DNA of 64,000 nt from Zygnema circumcarinatum SAG 698-1b (GCA_037447605.1 CM074804.1:6735909-6799908), one strand, 5' to 3'; shown: positions 13,000 to 27,370, counted from the stretch's first letter. Program-made: numbers and translations. Notes: generated from the letters alone by a model not told the origin.

Positions 13000-15900
13000 A
13001 TGACTTCTTGGTTCCGTTCGGTAGAAGGTATGGCAGCCATTTCTGCCTGCGTACTGCATAACTGACGGGTGAAAGGTTGAGCCGCTCCTGAGCTTTCAAT
13101 ATTATTAAAATTTCAGCAGGCTACCTAAAAGAGATATTATCATTCACCCGCGTGTACGAGGCATTAGTGGTTCTCCAGCGGGAGATGCAGGCAAAGGATT
13201 TCGAATTCAGTTTTTATGGGAATAATGGTTTTATTCCTAGTACTGTGATTAGAGTCTAGATGTCACGTTATTCGAAGCAAGTAGACCGGGGCATGCCCTT
13301 CTTCTGTCTATCTGCATTCTTACAGCTTTGCCTTGCATGATTGGCAGACTTTCTCGAAACGGTTGATCGAACAGCCGCAAACGTTGCTGTGATTCGCGAC
13401 CGATCACATGCGGAAAAGACAAGTAAATCCGTAGATGATCACCTTGCAGGTAAGAATGGTTGAAACGGCTCTTCTTTCTTAACAAAACACATTGCCGGGA
13501 CTGCATTATGCTCGAGTGAGACCTTTTGCGCTTGCGAGAGCATTCTCGAATGACGTAAAGCTTACGTTTGTTTCATAGTGGTAACATCCCGGGTATTTGT
13601 GGCTTGAGATGAATCTTTAAATGCACATGATAGGCGAAGACGCTTCTATTCTGTACACCATCTCGTCAGTTATTCTACTCACATGCTAAAATTCGGCTGT
13701 GGCAGCCTTAGAGCCTGCGGGCATACGCAGACCTGGTGCTTCAAGCGTTTTGAAGGAGAAGGTACTTTGCAAACATTGACTAAGTAGACTTGGAATTGGA
13801 AGGAGTTTAATTGGGCTGGGTTACTTTCACCTATGCCTTCAATGCAACCTCTGCTGCTCTATTATCTTTTTCTGCCGATAAACGCTGTTTCCTGTGACTA
13901 AAGCGGGCCTTGGGAAGTGCATTTGGCAGTCAGGGAGCAAGGCGCCTGGGAATGTTGCAAAAGGCTCGTCGATTGAGAGTAATGCAAAAGCGCCGGGAGT
14001 CGATAATTTTGAGCAACCTTTGGAAATTGCATTGGAAGTAAACAATATACCTTCTATTGAGAATGGTACTCTGGCAAAGGCTGCGGTTTTCCCTCCACCG
14101 CAGTCGTTGGCAATTGAGAAAAGTCTGCAGTCTGGCCAGGAGGTTTCGAAGACCAAAGTGGTTGTGATCCCTGAAGCAAATGCGACAGCGGCATTGCCCG
14201 ATATGCATGGAGGAAGTGAGAACGGTGTGGACGTTGCGGAGGAACAGACACTCGTGGCAGTGTCTAATGAGAGTCATGGGCTTGGGCTAACAGAAGAAAA
14301 AACCTCAGAGCAGACGACGGCTAATGGTAGCTCGAATAATTTGGTTGACATGGATTCAGTTGTTGATTCACCAGGAGGTGTCACAAATGCCTCTGTAACT
14401 GCTCTCAGCCCAGAATCGTGTGATTTGCCGGTGTCGAGGAACGGGGCTTTTTCACCTAAAGGATCACCTCGTGCAGAGCCGAATGGGTTCGTGACAGACA
14501 GACAGCAGGAAGTACATGAACCGAAGGGTGAGGTTAAGGGGGAATTGCTCGTAGGAGGTTTTCAGCCTGCAGAACAAGCAACGGAGACTCCAAAGATTCC
14601 AAAAACTTTGGCTGTTCAAAGAGAATTAGATGAGGTGAGTTTCATCTAAGCTGGCGATTCGGGTTTATTTATTGAATTTTAGATTCGTCTAAACAGGTAT
14701 AGCACCGAATATAGCAGGTTTCGTCTCAGTTAGAGATGCAAATACTCCTAAGTGCCATGGTTTCTGTATCCTGAAGGCTGTGACCTCAAGGTCGTTTCCA
14801 GTTGAGTCATGTGGGAAGCAATTTAGAAATGATTTGACTTTTTTGCTTTTGACACCTAAGGATTATTGACAGAGTATTTTTTGTTTTCTCATTTCACATT
14901 AGTAGTAGAAAGCAAGATTTTTTTCTTTTTTTGCAGCCGTTTGATGGAGTTTTTGCCTTACTCCCTTTATCCGCCAGAATAGAAGACATGGTAACTGGCT
15001 GGAATTGGATTTTGTCTGGCACGCAACTATAGGCGCGAGGACTTTTAAAGCATGCTACATCTGCTGGTCAGTCAAAGGAAGCACGACTTGCTCGGGTGAG
15101 CAAACCGCTGCCTACAAATTCAAGGAACAGAGTCATGACATTTTTGCAGGCTGCATTATGAGTTCTACTTTGCAATCAGTTTCAAGCTTGCCTTACCCGT
15201 TGTCAGTCCATGACTCTTCCATGTTCTACAAACATAGCATGCAATGATCTATTCCCTGGGTTGAACTTAAGGAAAGCACTAACAGGTGTTTCCGCCCTTT
15301 TCCCTTTTACACGCCCCCTACTGGACATGGAAGATCGCCTCGTTAGCAGTAGTCGGGCAAGCGAGTTTGAATAAACTGTTTAAAGATTGATCCTAGTGTG
15401 TACTTGTCAATGGTTGCAGATATGTTCGTCATTGTCCCAGCGACTTCAGGAGTACAAGGCTGAGAATGCGCAACTGGAGGAGCTTCTGAGGGCGGAGGTG
15501 AACTCCTGTCAAACATAGTTTTGTCATCCTCTTGATCAGTTTCTGAAGGGCAGGTTGTGGCGGCAGGTTGTGGCCTACTGTTGGTGTTGATTTTTGGTGA
15601 CCCATAGCTTGATCGCACTGAGACATTTCACTTGGAGGGTGTAACCAGAGAGATGGAAGGGGTTCGATGGATAGTACAGTTAAGGGATTGCAGCAGCAGC
15701 TGGCACAACTCCAAGCTGAGTTGGTGGTTTCTGAAGCGAGCACAGCAAACGCTCTATCTGCAAAGAATGCAGAACTGGAAACCCTGACACTGGCCCTGAG
15801 TGAGTCGAAACGACAAGCTGCTTTGCTGGAGGGAAAGCTCGCCTCACTTCAGGCATGCCTCCCCCTGGCATTGAGTCCGATATGGCTCGGCTTTCATATA

Positions 15901-18900
15901 GGTTTTAGGAAGTCTTCTTGCATCTGTCAGCTATTAAGTTGCAGGCTTTCTGGGATAAACTGCCTCATTGAAGTGCACTTCTGAGAAGCTTAAGTTGCAA
16001 CTCACGAGGAGGCTAGGCTGCTTCTCACAATGCTCTCCTCGTGCAGGCAAACACGGAAGTTATAACCAAGAATCGGGATGCCACAGAAGCGAGGATGATC
16101 CAGGTGCTTGCTGCGTTATTACAGTCCTATGTCATCGCAAATTGAAGTTTTTGTAGCTTAGCCTTGTGGGAAGACTGGGCCCCTTTTGGTGAGGTGTAGT
16201 CATAATGAATTCAACTTTAACTCACTGAATGTGTGAACTTCGAATGACAGTAAACAGAATCCTTGTATTCTGGCCGTTGAAAGGTTTTAATCACGTGCCA
16301 ATGTATTTTGATCCCTCAGCAGTCTCAAGTTTCTCACCTTTCGTTATCTTCCTTAAAGGGATGCTTTGAATCATTGGTAGAAACAGCAACCAAGCGAGTT
16401 CTTTTTTGGCGTTTTGTGTGTTTCCAACGTGGCTCGTTCCTCTTGGTGATTTCTGCTCTTGAATGGTGGTCCGGAAAAGGGGACTACAGTTTGGCTTTTG
16501 TGAGAAACAGACAAAGAAGTTCGAGGAGGGTAATGCGTTTTTTGGACTTTGTGAACATTTTTTTGTGCTCAGTTTCAAGAGGGAAATGTTCAAGGCAGAG
16601 AGTCTCTGGAGGTTTGGTACTTATCTGGGCTATGCTTGACCATCAATACAATGCCATGGGCAGGCGTTGCGAGAAGAGCTGTCAGCTGCTGAGAGGAGAT
16701 TTGAGGACGAAAGAGCAGCTCATGCGGCTACTAGACAGGTAACTTTGCAGCGCCCATCCTCTAGTTCGACTGAAATCAGCTGTAGATAGTTGTTGTTCTG
16801 CACAGATATCTTGTTGAAGCTGGAGTCCTGCTTTTGTTCACAAACGTGTCACATTACGGCTGTGCTGTTTTATTTTGTGAGGAGCGTTGAGCTACTAACT
16901 TGAGTCGACTCTTACAGCACTTCTTTTGTTCCTTCTCGAGAAAAGAAAGCATCTACGGCATTGTCAGCTGAGCCCTTTTTATTTTGAGTCAAACAGAGCT
17001 CTTGTTTATTGCCCCTTTGTTTGGATGATCATTTCTTCCTCCACTTGTAAAGCCACATGCATAATCAGTCAATATCCCCGGTTCGTCCTCAAATACCTCC
17101 ACTGTCTTAATTGGTTCATTATCCTCAATAATCAACTTGTGGCTAGATGTATGCCTTTTTTTCTAAGCGCATAATGAAGAGGTTCATATGTGCCTGCATT
17201 CAATGGGCTTTTGAAAGTTTTATGAGAAATTGCATTATATCCACCTTTTTAACCTGCAACTGAAGCATCATGAAGTCCCTTTGAAACATTCTAGAAACTT
17301 CAATACCTCCAATGCACGTCTAACCGGTTTGTTGTTCAGCTTTTAACTCTGACCAATCAGATCATATAAATGTAAGGAGTCTCTATGAATGGACTTCAGG
17401 TTGTGTAATTTTGCAATTAATATAAACAATTGTGATGTATGTGGTTATTCTTATTATCACATCATGCACGTTAGGACTACCTTGTACTATGTGCACTTTT
17501 GATTCTCTTTCCTTGTTGGAGTCCTTTTGCAGACCGGGGCAGAACGGGAATTAGAGTTGGAGCAACGTGTAACCGAGAGTGCATCTGGCCTAATCAGAAT
17601 GCAGGTGACATGAAAGACCGTGACGTCGAGTAACTTTTTGCAGAGCTTTCGACTTATTTGTAAAGCTTGGATTTTCTTTGGTGCATTATTGCAGGTGTTC
17701 AGCAAATCAGTAATGCCTCTTGCCACTCATGCATGAAGTACATTTCCAAACGTTTGTCTATAAGTACAAAAAATACTTAGGCCTGCAACCATGTTTGAGT
17801 AACAGAATATCGTCTTGCTATATTTCTAGAGACCTTTGCTGTTTAAATGTTATGGCGTACATTTTCCATGAATAGGCCTCTTTGTTTCGCTTTTCCTTTG
17901 AACATGGTCACAGAGCATGGTCAATGGGCGCTTACTTCTTGTCTGGGTGGTGGGCTGCAGAGAGCCATTGATGAAAGAACGCAAAAAGCATTAGACTTAG
18001 AAGAAAAAGTTTCCCTCCTTGAGGTGAGGGATTTCAACCCCCAGCACCCAAGCCTATGCTTTCCTTTCAGGTGGCAACTCAAGCAATAGAATGTACATGA
18101 CGTACTGTCTGAGATTTTAAAAACTTTACATGTGTCCCCACTAGAATCTCAGTAGAAGACCCAAAACGAGAACTCCTGCGTCTGGAGGGACGCCACAAGA
18201 AGTCAGTTATTAGATAAAGTCATAACCTGTTGCAGTCCTTCCGTAGCAGTACATCTCTCTAGCTATCACAAACATTCGACGTCCAGGAATGATGACTTGA
18301 GATTGGCAGATGTGATGCTCAAATGCTAAGAGAGAAGTATCCGTAAAAATAAAACAAATCAATGGGAACGGGAACTGCTTTTGAATCACATTATAGCTGC
18401 TGTTGTAAGGGATTTTGCTGGGATTAATCCTGGTTTAGCGGGGTATACGTGAACCTGCTTTTGGATTTTTCAGTGATTCTTTTGTGAGGTTTCTGACAAC
18501 TTGCTGCTTACAGGTCGAATGTGCAACCTTGAGCCAAGAGCTGCAAGCAGCAGACGCCCGGTTGAAAAGGGAGCACAAACGGCCATCAGATGAGCATTCT
18601 GTGGCTGCACAGGTACTGTTTTCTTGTTAGGTAGACTGGAAAGCTGTTGACGATTTTCCTTGGTTAGTGTGCAACAACCGTTCTCAGGTCAAACCATTGC
18701 TTGAGCAATCATTAGCAAACCATTGCATGAGCAATCATTAGCAAACCATTGTTTGCCAATGTTGTTGTGAAAGTCAATGGTTGCAAATCATTCGCAATAG
18801 TGGGAAAGAATCCCTTATTCATCAAGGTGCCTATTCATGTCAGCAATCAATGTTCTGAACCGTTGGCAATGGTTGTCTAAGAGTGAATTTAATGGTTAGA

Positions 18901-21900
18901 ACCATTGCCAATGGCTGGCAAGCGTTGGCACCAGATGGTTTGAGCCAATTCCAACCAACTGTTGAGAAACCGACAGCTCGACCTTTGCAAAATTTCCGTG
19001 CCTTCGTTTTGATCAGCTTTCACTTCGGTGATTCTTCCGATAATAGTTCTTTGTACTGAACTGTCATTGTCTGCTTCTCATTTTGTCGCTCTCGGCACAA
19101 TCCATACTTTTCACAAGCTTGCCATAGTCTGGTTGTCTGACAAAAACTTTTTCTGGTCTTGGAGCAGGTGCTTGCATGGAGGGAGGAGACAGAACGTGCT
19201 CGTAACCTGCAGCATGAGGCAGAAAACAAACTTGCGGCAATGGAGGTCTGTTTAGGTGGATTGTATTGATGTGGACGACAGTGTCTTCGATGTTCAAGCA
19301 TGGAGGTCGCTTCACTGCGTCCAGACATGCCTCTGTTCATTTGATAGGTGTGTGTTTGTCTTTTGTGTGATGGCAGGCAGAGGCTCAGAAGCTGCGAGTG
19401 GAGCTAGAAGCGCGCAAGAGGGAAGTGGACAGCTCATCTATGCAGGTCAGGGATATAACGCAGTGAGTGTCATCAATGGCTTGTCGAAAGTAGGTCAGTT
19501 TCAGCGTCTAATTACACATGCTGTGGGTTATTATGATGACCTATTTTGTTAGGGAAGAATATGGTAGGCACTGTCTCTACCGGAAGAGGATCGTCTGACC
19601 ATAGATCAGGTGGTTCACAAGCATATCATAAGTCGGTCCAACAATCAGGTTGTGTTGGAGGACAAGGGGAATCGAATCTGCACAAAGTATGCGACCCATG
19701 CACTTTTCTACTCTCAATTGCTTCCAGTTTGCCTCCGCAATCTCAACTTTTCTTTGGCGGCGTGGGGGGCAGGCCCACGCAGAATTGGAGAAACGCTTTA
19801 GGGAACTGACAGAGCTCTTGGTGGGTCCTCACAAATTTCCGCTGGCATGTAGGCAACTGCGTTGATGGTACAAAAGGAAATGCGCCCAGTTCCTTCAGAA
19901 TGTTTGAAAATCATCCCGTTTCTTTTTACTTTGTCAATGCGAACATGATACCGAACTAGTCTTTGTGTGAAGCATATACAATATAATATGTGTGATAGTT
20001 TGTGCCACCTATGCCTCTGACAAAGGATGGATTCGCCTGCCAGCACCTTGAATTGACATACAGAGGGAATGCTGGCATAATCCATGAGTGCAGTACTTGA
20101 AACAAACCCAATTGGAGAACATGGCTAGTGAAAAGCAAGCAGTATTTCTTCAACTTGAGAAGGAGACTCGCAGGTTTCGAGAAGTGAAGGTCAGGAGCAA
20201 CAACATAAATTGCCAACAATATCTTTGAAGCCTTGTGAAACGAGAAAGGTTGCAGCATGCGTGCGGCAGATCATGTGGCTCTTGTTGAGTGAGAAAAGTT
20301 GCACTTGCTTCGGTGACATTGATGCTGGGCAGCCACAAACTCATAAAGCGGGCTTTCTTTACTGGCTCAATTGCTATACGGTGATTCCTATATGGCCACC
20401 TATTTGGGGGCCTTTTGGATAGCATTCATTCTGTGCAGTAGTTTTAAATGAGATTCTTGAAAGTGCTTCATGGGCTTCAGGATCTCTTCTAACAGGTTGC
20501 TGTATCGCATACTGGAATATCTAGCAGGCTCAAGCAGAGAGGGATAACCGAGCGATGAGGCGATTAGTGATGACAACTGATGACGAAGATCCGGATCTGA
20601 GCCCTTTCGAGTACGCCTTTGCAGATCTTTCGTAGTTATCGAATGATATCTATGTGTTCTACGTGTTGCTGCTCATTTCAGTCTGGATTCTCCTTGCTGA
20701 CGTGGAGGTCTTATGCTATCAGTGGATTGAATCGATATCTAATAAACTAATCTAAGAGACTCGAGTTAGATGGTCTCTTCGTTTTGTTGTCCGAGTATCC
20801 TCTTATCCTCTTTTCTCTGTGTAATTTACCGAAGGAGTATCTTGACTGGGTGGGCCTGCAGGTCATTTGGTATGCACCAACGCCGAGTGAGTCCCAGCAT
20901 TCAGGTACGAAAAACAACCGTGGCCATTTCTCCTTCCAAAGGCCACAGAGGTGATTTTTGTAGTGATATCTGAATGCACGTGAATTAGATAGACTTCATC
21001 ATATACAAAATTAGACATGCTCGCGCATGCCATTCAGCAAACATGTGCAGCTTATTGAGATATCTCCAGTGCATTTACCTGGACAACCGAAGGCAATTAA
21101 TTGCATCATTTGTATTGCTTGCTTGGTTTGTCTATGGGTATTGGTCACACTTCAGTCAAATGCTATGTTTCATTCCAATTGACACAGTTAAAACCCGTAT
21201 TACCCGTTTATGTGCATCTCTTGTGTTTCACCTGCAAGCATCGTATATGCATCCATGTGAGTAGAAATATGATTGACTATAAGGTATATGTTTCTAGCGC
21301 TAGGATGATGCTGGGCCTTGGCTTATTGAAGATGAGACAAGCTGACTGATGGTCAGTGTGTTATTACGGCGTTAATTATATGCAGCAAGCAGCAAAACTG
21401 TTGGACCGAGGAGCGGTGACGGCTGGCAAATTTCTGTGGCGCAGGCCATTGGCCCGTCTGGCGCTGCTATTTTACCTTGTAGAGTCTCCTGCCCATACCT
21501 GTGCTCTTTGATTTATAGTGAACATCTTCTAGTCTGCGCACTGCAAAGTTTCTTTGAGCCCAGACTTGAACGTCATTCAAGAGTTGCTGAACTGATGTTG
21601 GCTTTGCTAACGAATGTCTGGACTGTCTGTCCCTCCTGCAGCTTTTCGTTCACCTGTTCCTTATGTACCTGTTACACAGACTGCAGGTGAGTGGTGTTAG
21701 ACCATTTTTGGTTGCTCTCCATTGACTCCGCATACCAGAACACCATGTTGATGCAGTGCTGTTCCCCTCCTCCTGATTCTGGTTATACTCAGCATGGAAG
21801 CTGTCGTGGTGGGTTCATCGTGTTGTTTGCTTGCTTGGTGCTGAATCCTTGACTGAGAGGGTGGGAGTGAGGGTCTGTGGCGCGGGGGCTCTCTGCAGGC

Positions 21901-21982
21901 CCTAGCTGATGAGCTCATCAACTGTGACAACAAAATCATGTCGGGCTCAGAGCTGCTCAAGATGAGCAGCAAATTTCAATGA
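13000..21982 (+). CDS. GC1: Golgin-84 / golgin candidate 1-like coiled-coil Golgi membrane protein (about 18 exons)
   Basis: The start exons give MTSWFRSVE/DFLETVDRTAA (13000-13027, then from 13348). Coiled-coil exons read LSQRLQEYKAENAQLEELL, ALREELSAAERRFEDERAAH, ELEKRFRELTELL and YLKQTQLENMASEK. The C-terminal TM region is QAAKLLDRGAVTAGKFLWRRPLARLALLFYL/LFVHLFLMYLLHRLQ. Last exon 21899-21982. Confidence 0.9.
18640..18990. repeat. CCATTG/CAATGG/CCAAC-rich quasi-palindromic repeat in a golgin intron (family also at 32740-32860 and 33455-33670)
   Basis: Tandem aaaccattgcttgagcaatcattagc-like units plus many ccattg/caatgg/gttgg/ccaac motifs on both strands. Probably a transposon subterminal region; no TSD established. 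Confidence 0.55.
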
Positions 21983-22673
21983 GCTTTTGCAGTGCCTTCT
22001 GCTGCTGCTAAGCTGCTCGTTATGGTCTCCCTTGAGACCCGTCACGGTGGTCATTTCTTGTACAGTCTGCTTCCCCTGTTTGCAACCATTGGCATGCATT
22101 TTTATCGAATCGATGTTGTTGATGTATGTATGTCGACCACTCCACACTCAATACAACATTTGAATATCCTGCAGTTGCGTTCGTGTTTTATCCGGAGGTC
22201 TTACATGCTATTGCAGTGCCTCGTTCTCAATTCTGAGCATGAAAGAGTCCAAAACCTTCATTTACCACGTGCGTAATCTTCAGCTACCTGCAACTTAATC
22301 ATTTGGCACGAAAGCGATTATGCATGTTTACATGTAGACCTCTACAGTTGTTAACTCCATGCCAAAGTTAGCCCATGATGTGGGCGTGCGAGCGCCATCT
22401 GCCCATGCACATGCCCTCCCGAGGCCCTGACTGCCCATGTCGACCTCTTGCCCAGCCCGCCCCTGATCGCACCGCCGGCCGCTGCTCCTGCTCCTTCTGC
22501 TTCTGTTGCGGCGCCCCGTGTCTCGCTCGCGCCTCAATCCTCATCAGCCGGCCCTGACCGCGTCCCGCCGGCCGCGCTGCACCGCACCTCGTCCTCGCTA
22601 CTGCTGCTGCTGCTGCTGCTGCTGCGTGCGTAGCAGTCCGAGTTCTCGCTGCGCCCATCGTGCACGAGGAGCC

Positions 22674-25600
22674 ATGTCATCTCTTGCTCAGAAGTGCGTG
22701 GCGTCGCCGTCTGCCACATTCGATTCCTTCACTGCGCAGCCCAGCGAGTGCCGCAAGCCACGGAGCGTTGCGAGACAGTTTGCTTGCAAGGGCTCAATTT
22801 TTCGGGGGAGATGTACCAAGCTGTCTGCTGCAAAACAGAACGGAAAGACGCAGGTTAGGATCGGTGCTGTGAGAACAGAGGCAGCTGCGGAGTTCGACCG
22901 CCCTAACTGGCTTCCTGGGAGCACTGCTCCTGCTTATCTTGATGGCAGGTGTGAATGACAGCGGATTTTTTTTTGAGCTGATCAGCAGCATTGCTGTCTG
23001 TTTATATGGTCATTTGAATGCCTTGTAGCTGGAGCTTCCATGCGGCAGAGGATTTCTACTGGAATGTAGTTCTTGACTGTTCTCTTAGGCGGAGGACCTG
23101 ACAAACTGCTGCAAGGGCATGTGAAAAAGGTTGTCAAATTTTTTCTAACAATGAAAGCAATGCAGGGACCGGGGAAAGGAAGTGGCTGAAGTTGATGCAG
23201 CCATCGTCTTAGGCTCTTGCCTTATTCCAGTGTCAAGTTGAAACGTGTCTCTCCTAAAAAAAAGGGGATTAAAGTCAAGCAGCCAATGGCATTTTGGTTT
23301 AGATATTCATTCGATTGACTGAGGGGATAGCCCCTCACTGTTCCTGTCAGTCTTATTTAGTAGGTTAGTGTGTTGATCCTTGTTTTATAGTTGTCGTTTT
23401 GGAGACAATCTAATTCGCATAAATGCTTTTTCACCTGCTATACATACATTGCCGTCTGAAAATAGGAAAAATTGGAAACTAAGGCGCTTTCACGACATTA
23501 ACAAGGGAAGCAGGACTATTATGCAGCAGGCAATCTCAAACGGGCCGTTTTAAGCTTCATTTGCTCAAAGCTCTGACCTTTAAGCATAGACATTGTGAGC
23601 ATTGCATCATCTGCAGCTCTTGCTGAGATGCAGAAAGTGCTCCTGAAAAAATCTTGGACTCTTTTCACATCCACAACCTGCTGCTATGTGAAGTTTTACC
23701 AGTTTCAACCTCCGGCACGTGAGGTTGTTACAATTGTTAGTCCGAATGACTGCTATGCCAATCTACTACATAGCAAGTCAAACATCAGCTCGTCTTTGAG
23801 GTTTGGCCCGTTTAATTGCAGGTACTATCCAACTTTTCCACCTATTTTCAGTTTGTTGGCTCGATTCTAGCGATTGCTTAAATCATTTCTTTGTATTTTT
23901 TTTGGAAATTCGCTCCCTTGCAGCCTACCTGGGGATTTTGGATTTGACCCCTTGGCGCTAGGACAACAGCCTGAAGACCTCCGATGGTATGTCCAAGCTG
24001 AGCTCGTCCATGCCCGCTTTGCCATGGCGGGAGTGGCCGGCATTCTTGTCACAGATGTATGCACTCAACCTAGGCCCTTCCACGCTAGCTTCACTTTTCT
24101 GTTTTTTGAGATGTAGTCAAGCAAGCCAGTCTCTGCCTGAATAACTCGATGTGGCAAAGGAAGCAAGTGGAAAACATGGAATGAGTTCTTTTCCAATTCG
24201 CCAAGTATCGACTCTGTAGATTAATACTGTCTCGGCCTTTACAGTATTTTGGTTCTATTGCCAAGGGGGTAATCGAGCGTCATATTCTCTAGATCAATGG
24301 ATACGATGAGCCGAATATGACTGTCTCCTTAACTGTTGTGCTTTCTTTCTCCTCTTCGTTCCGCACAAGCAGTCACCCTACTTCTCATAACGCCTTTGGC
24401 ATGTATGTTTCTCCAGATCATGCGTGTTTCTGGAATCAAAGATCTTCCAGTGTGGTATGAGGCTGGTGCGCAAGAGTTTGAAATTGCCGACACTCGAACA
24501 CTATTCGCCATTCAGCTCCTTCTCTTCGGGTGAGCATTCAAAGCAGGATTTTAGATTATATTTTGCTGTTCAGTTATGCTCAATCAGGAAAGGCTGAGCG
24601 TAAATCATGATTTCACATCACAATTCTGTGCCATACGTTTGAGCACGATTATTTCAACACTTGGAGAGTTCCTTTAGTCGTTATGCTTTATGCAGCGGGC
24701 TAAAATAGTTTTGCTTATTCTCTAAACGTCATGTTTTGTCGTCTGTTGTCCTTTCACGTTTGTTTGGGTTGGAATTTCCGTTGTGGCTTCCGTTTCGATA
24801 TTCTGGCTTCCTGATTGACCTATATTGAAACAGTGATGGCGTCAATGTCACTCTCTGGACATGGCAGTTTTTATTTCCGGAAGAAGTATGCACTGTATGA
24901 AATCTATTAGTGAGCGGGAAAAAACTAACTGCTTGTTGTTGTCCGCTCCTGCGTTTCATTTACAGCTTTGTTGAGGCGAAGCGCTACATGGACTACAAGT
25001 CACCTGGCTCTCAGGGATCTGAAGACAGCTGGTTCTTCGGCTGGGAGGAAGCGTTTTCAGGCGTGGCTGCAGGGTGCGTGCACTTGGGAAAGATTTTCAG
25101 CCCAGTAGCCACTGTCTGTACATTACCTTCCTTTCGTTTTCATCATTGATTAGGTTTGAACGCATGATCTAAACCCGTAAAGAGAGTACACAAGTGAAGA
25201 GGAATTGAGTGACCGCGATTTGCTGGATACTAATAAGCTCCCTTTTTTCGTTTCGTTTCTTGAACCAGCTCCTATCATCTGAGGCTGACTGGTCTTCTTC
25301 TCATGATGCCGTTATGCAGAAGGTTTCTGTTTTGATTGTCTTATTGAGGTGGGAGGTGGTTTGCTCTAGCAGATATCCTGGAGGCCCACTGTTCAACCCT
25401 CTGGGTCTAGCCTCGAGCACTGACCCGGCTGAGGTACAGCCTATGAGGATCAAGGAGATCAAGAACGGTGAGTGAATTCCTCATGTTCCGTTTACGAAAT
25501 GAGATTTCATAACTGAGTGACGTTGACGGGTCCAGTGCTTTGACTTTCTAGGTCATCGAGAAGGTTAACGGTGGCTTACTGGTCCTGGCTGAGGGAGAGA

Positions 25601-25941
25601 ATTAACTGAAGGGAGCTATCCTCCTACCAGTGCTATGCCGCAGAGAGGAAGCGTGTGTATTGCATAGTCATAGCATAGGCTATCGCTCACTTTGTATACG
25701 CCAATGCTTGATCTCTTTCTATGTTGAACCTGAAGTTATTGCAAGTGCCTAGAACTGATGGCAAAGCGTATGTCTATTGGTGCTTGAATGTGAGCAAGCA
25801 GGACGATTGGCCATGGTGGCCATGGTCGGGTTTGCTGTCCAAGCCTACGTCACACACCAGGGGCCTGTTGACAACCTTCTCACACATCTCTCAGATCCAT
25901 GGCACAAGACTATCTTCCAGACCTTGGCAGCAACGTCATGA
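22674..25941 (+). CDS. LHCA5: Photosystem I light-harvesting chlorophyll a/b protein, Lhca5 type (6 exons)
   Basis: Exons 22674-22948, 23924-24056, 24417-24529, 24966-25073, 25373-25467, 25802-25941. Translation: [125 protein letters not shown] and PWHKTI are Lhca5-type signatures as I recall them. Confidence 0.9.
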
Positions 25942-26252
25942 AAAAGTAACTGTCTCAAGATCAGTTGAGCATAGCTGTGCTTCTTTGGAGTCTGGGTTCA
26001 TCTTGCTTAAACGGCATCAGAAAGAGTCGACAGGCATAGGGCAGTTACTTCAGGGTCTCAAAATAGTGTAGCTGATGTAATAGGTATCTTGACGTTTATA
26101 GCTTTTATCCTGACAACTTCAGGATCAAGGATGTAGTGAGTCGTAACGATTGCGAAAAGCGCCTGCCCGTCCATTTTTCTAAGTTGCTTAGACATTCGCC
26201 TCCCTGAAAGTAAACTTTGCTCGATGTCCTTGTCTCATCTTATTTGTACCGC

Positions 26253-26700
26253 TTCTACCGTAAAACGGAACAGGTTGAGAAAAAAAAATGATCGAAGATT
26301 TTGACTTCTCTAAAAAAAAACTTTCAAAACCAGTTTCTCAAAAAAAAACTCTATATTTGTGGAGAATGATACTGCACTCCCCCCCCCCACCATTTTGGAT
26401 ATCCCACCCCCACCCCCCTTTCTGAAAAAAATGCCCTCCCATTGTGGTTATCCCATTTGTTAAATGGATACGTTACATCCCATATCCCATCCCGGAACTA
26501 ACGTGGCAAAAAGTGGAATCCACACGAGCGACCGAACCACTTGAGTCTTTGAACTTTTTTTTACAACTTTTCGCTTTCTTAAATCGAAAAAGTTTCGACC
26601 TCGAGTGTTCAAAGTTCAACAATGTTCAATAAGATTTTGAATTGAGGAATTAAGTAACTCGTTTCTCAATTTCTCAACCTGTTCGCTTTTACGGGTAGTG
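26253..26700. mobile_element. Degenerate MITE with about 28-bp imperfect terminal inverted repeats (one end CACTA-like)
   Basis: Left ctaccgtaaaacggaacaggttgagaaa (26255-26282) versus the reverse complement of the right end, cactacccgtaaaagcgaacaggttgagaaa (26700-26670). No clear TSD. Confidence 0.55.
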
Positions 26701-27008
26701 CCAATGGAGAAGTGAATTGACATTTCTCGATAGCGACGTCATGAATGTAAAACAAAAAAAAAAAAATGAATGTAAAACGCTTCTAGTGGGAAATGGAAGT
26801 GGCTTTTAGTGCATTGATATTTGATGGATGCCGCATCCTCTCCTCTATTTAGCGCCCCTCCGACCGCTATGTCCATGTCCGCAAGACGCCGCGCGAAGCG
26901 AGCAGCTCTTAGTCCGCCCGCTCGCTCCCCCCTCTCCCGCGCGCGTGCAGCCGCCGATGTCATGTCATGTCATGCGATGCGGGCCGCCGCCGCGCGCCGC
27001 TGGACAGA

Positions 27009-27370
27009 GACGGACGGACGGACGGACGGACGGACGGACGGACGGGCGTGCCTCTGTCTGTGAGAGTAACTAACTAGCAGCTTTAGCGAACCGAGCGGCC
27101 AACGCCTGCAGACCGCCCCGACGGTAGGCCGAACTCGCTATCGGAACTAACAAATGAGAAAACGACACCTTCGGGCGAGGCCGCCCAGCGCCGCGGCCTG
27201 CCTTGGCTGTGCGCCAGCTGGCAGCCCGCGATTGCTGCGAATCGGTGATTTGATACGTGACGTGGCGTGACGTGGTGGCGTGCGATGTGGACCGCGCCGA
27301 TGATGCTGTATGCATGCATGTATGTATGTATGTGTATGTATACATGTATGTATGTATGTATGTATGTATG
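27009..27370. repeat. Microsatellites (ACGG)n at 27009-27043 and (TATG)n at 27317-27370
   Basis: Directly visible simple repeats. Confidence 0.9.
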
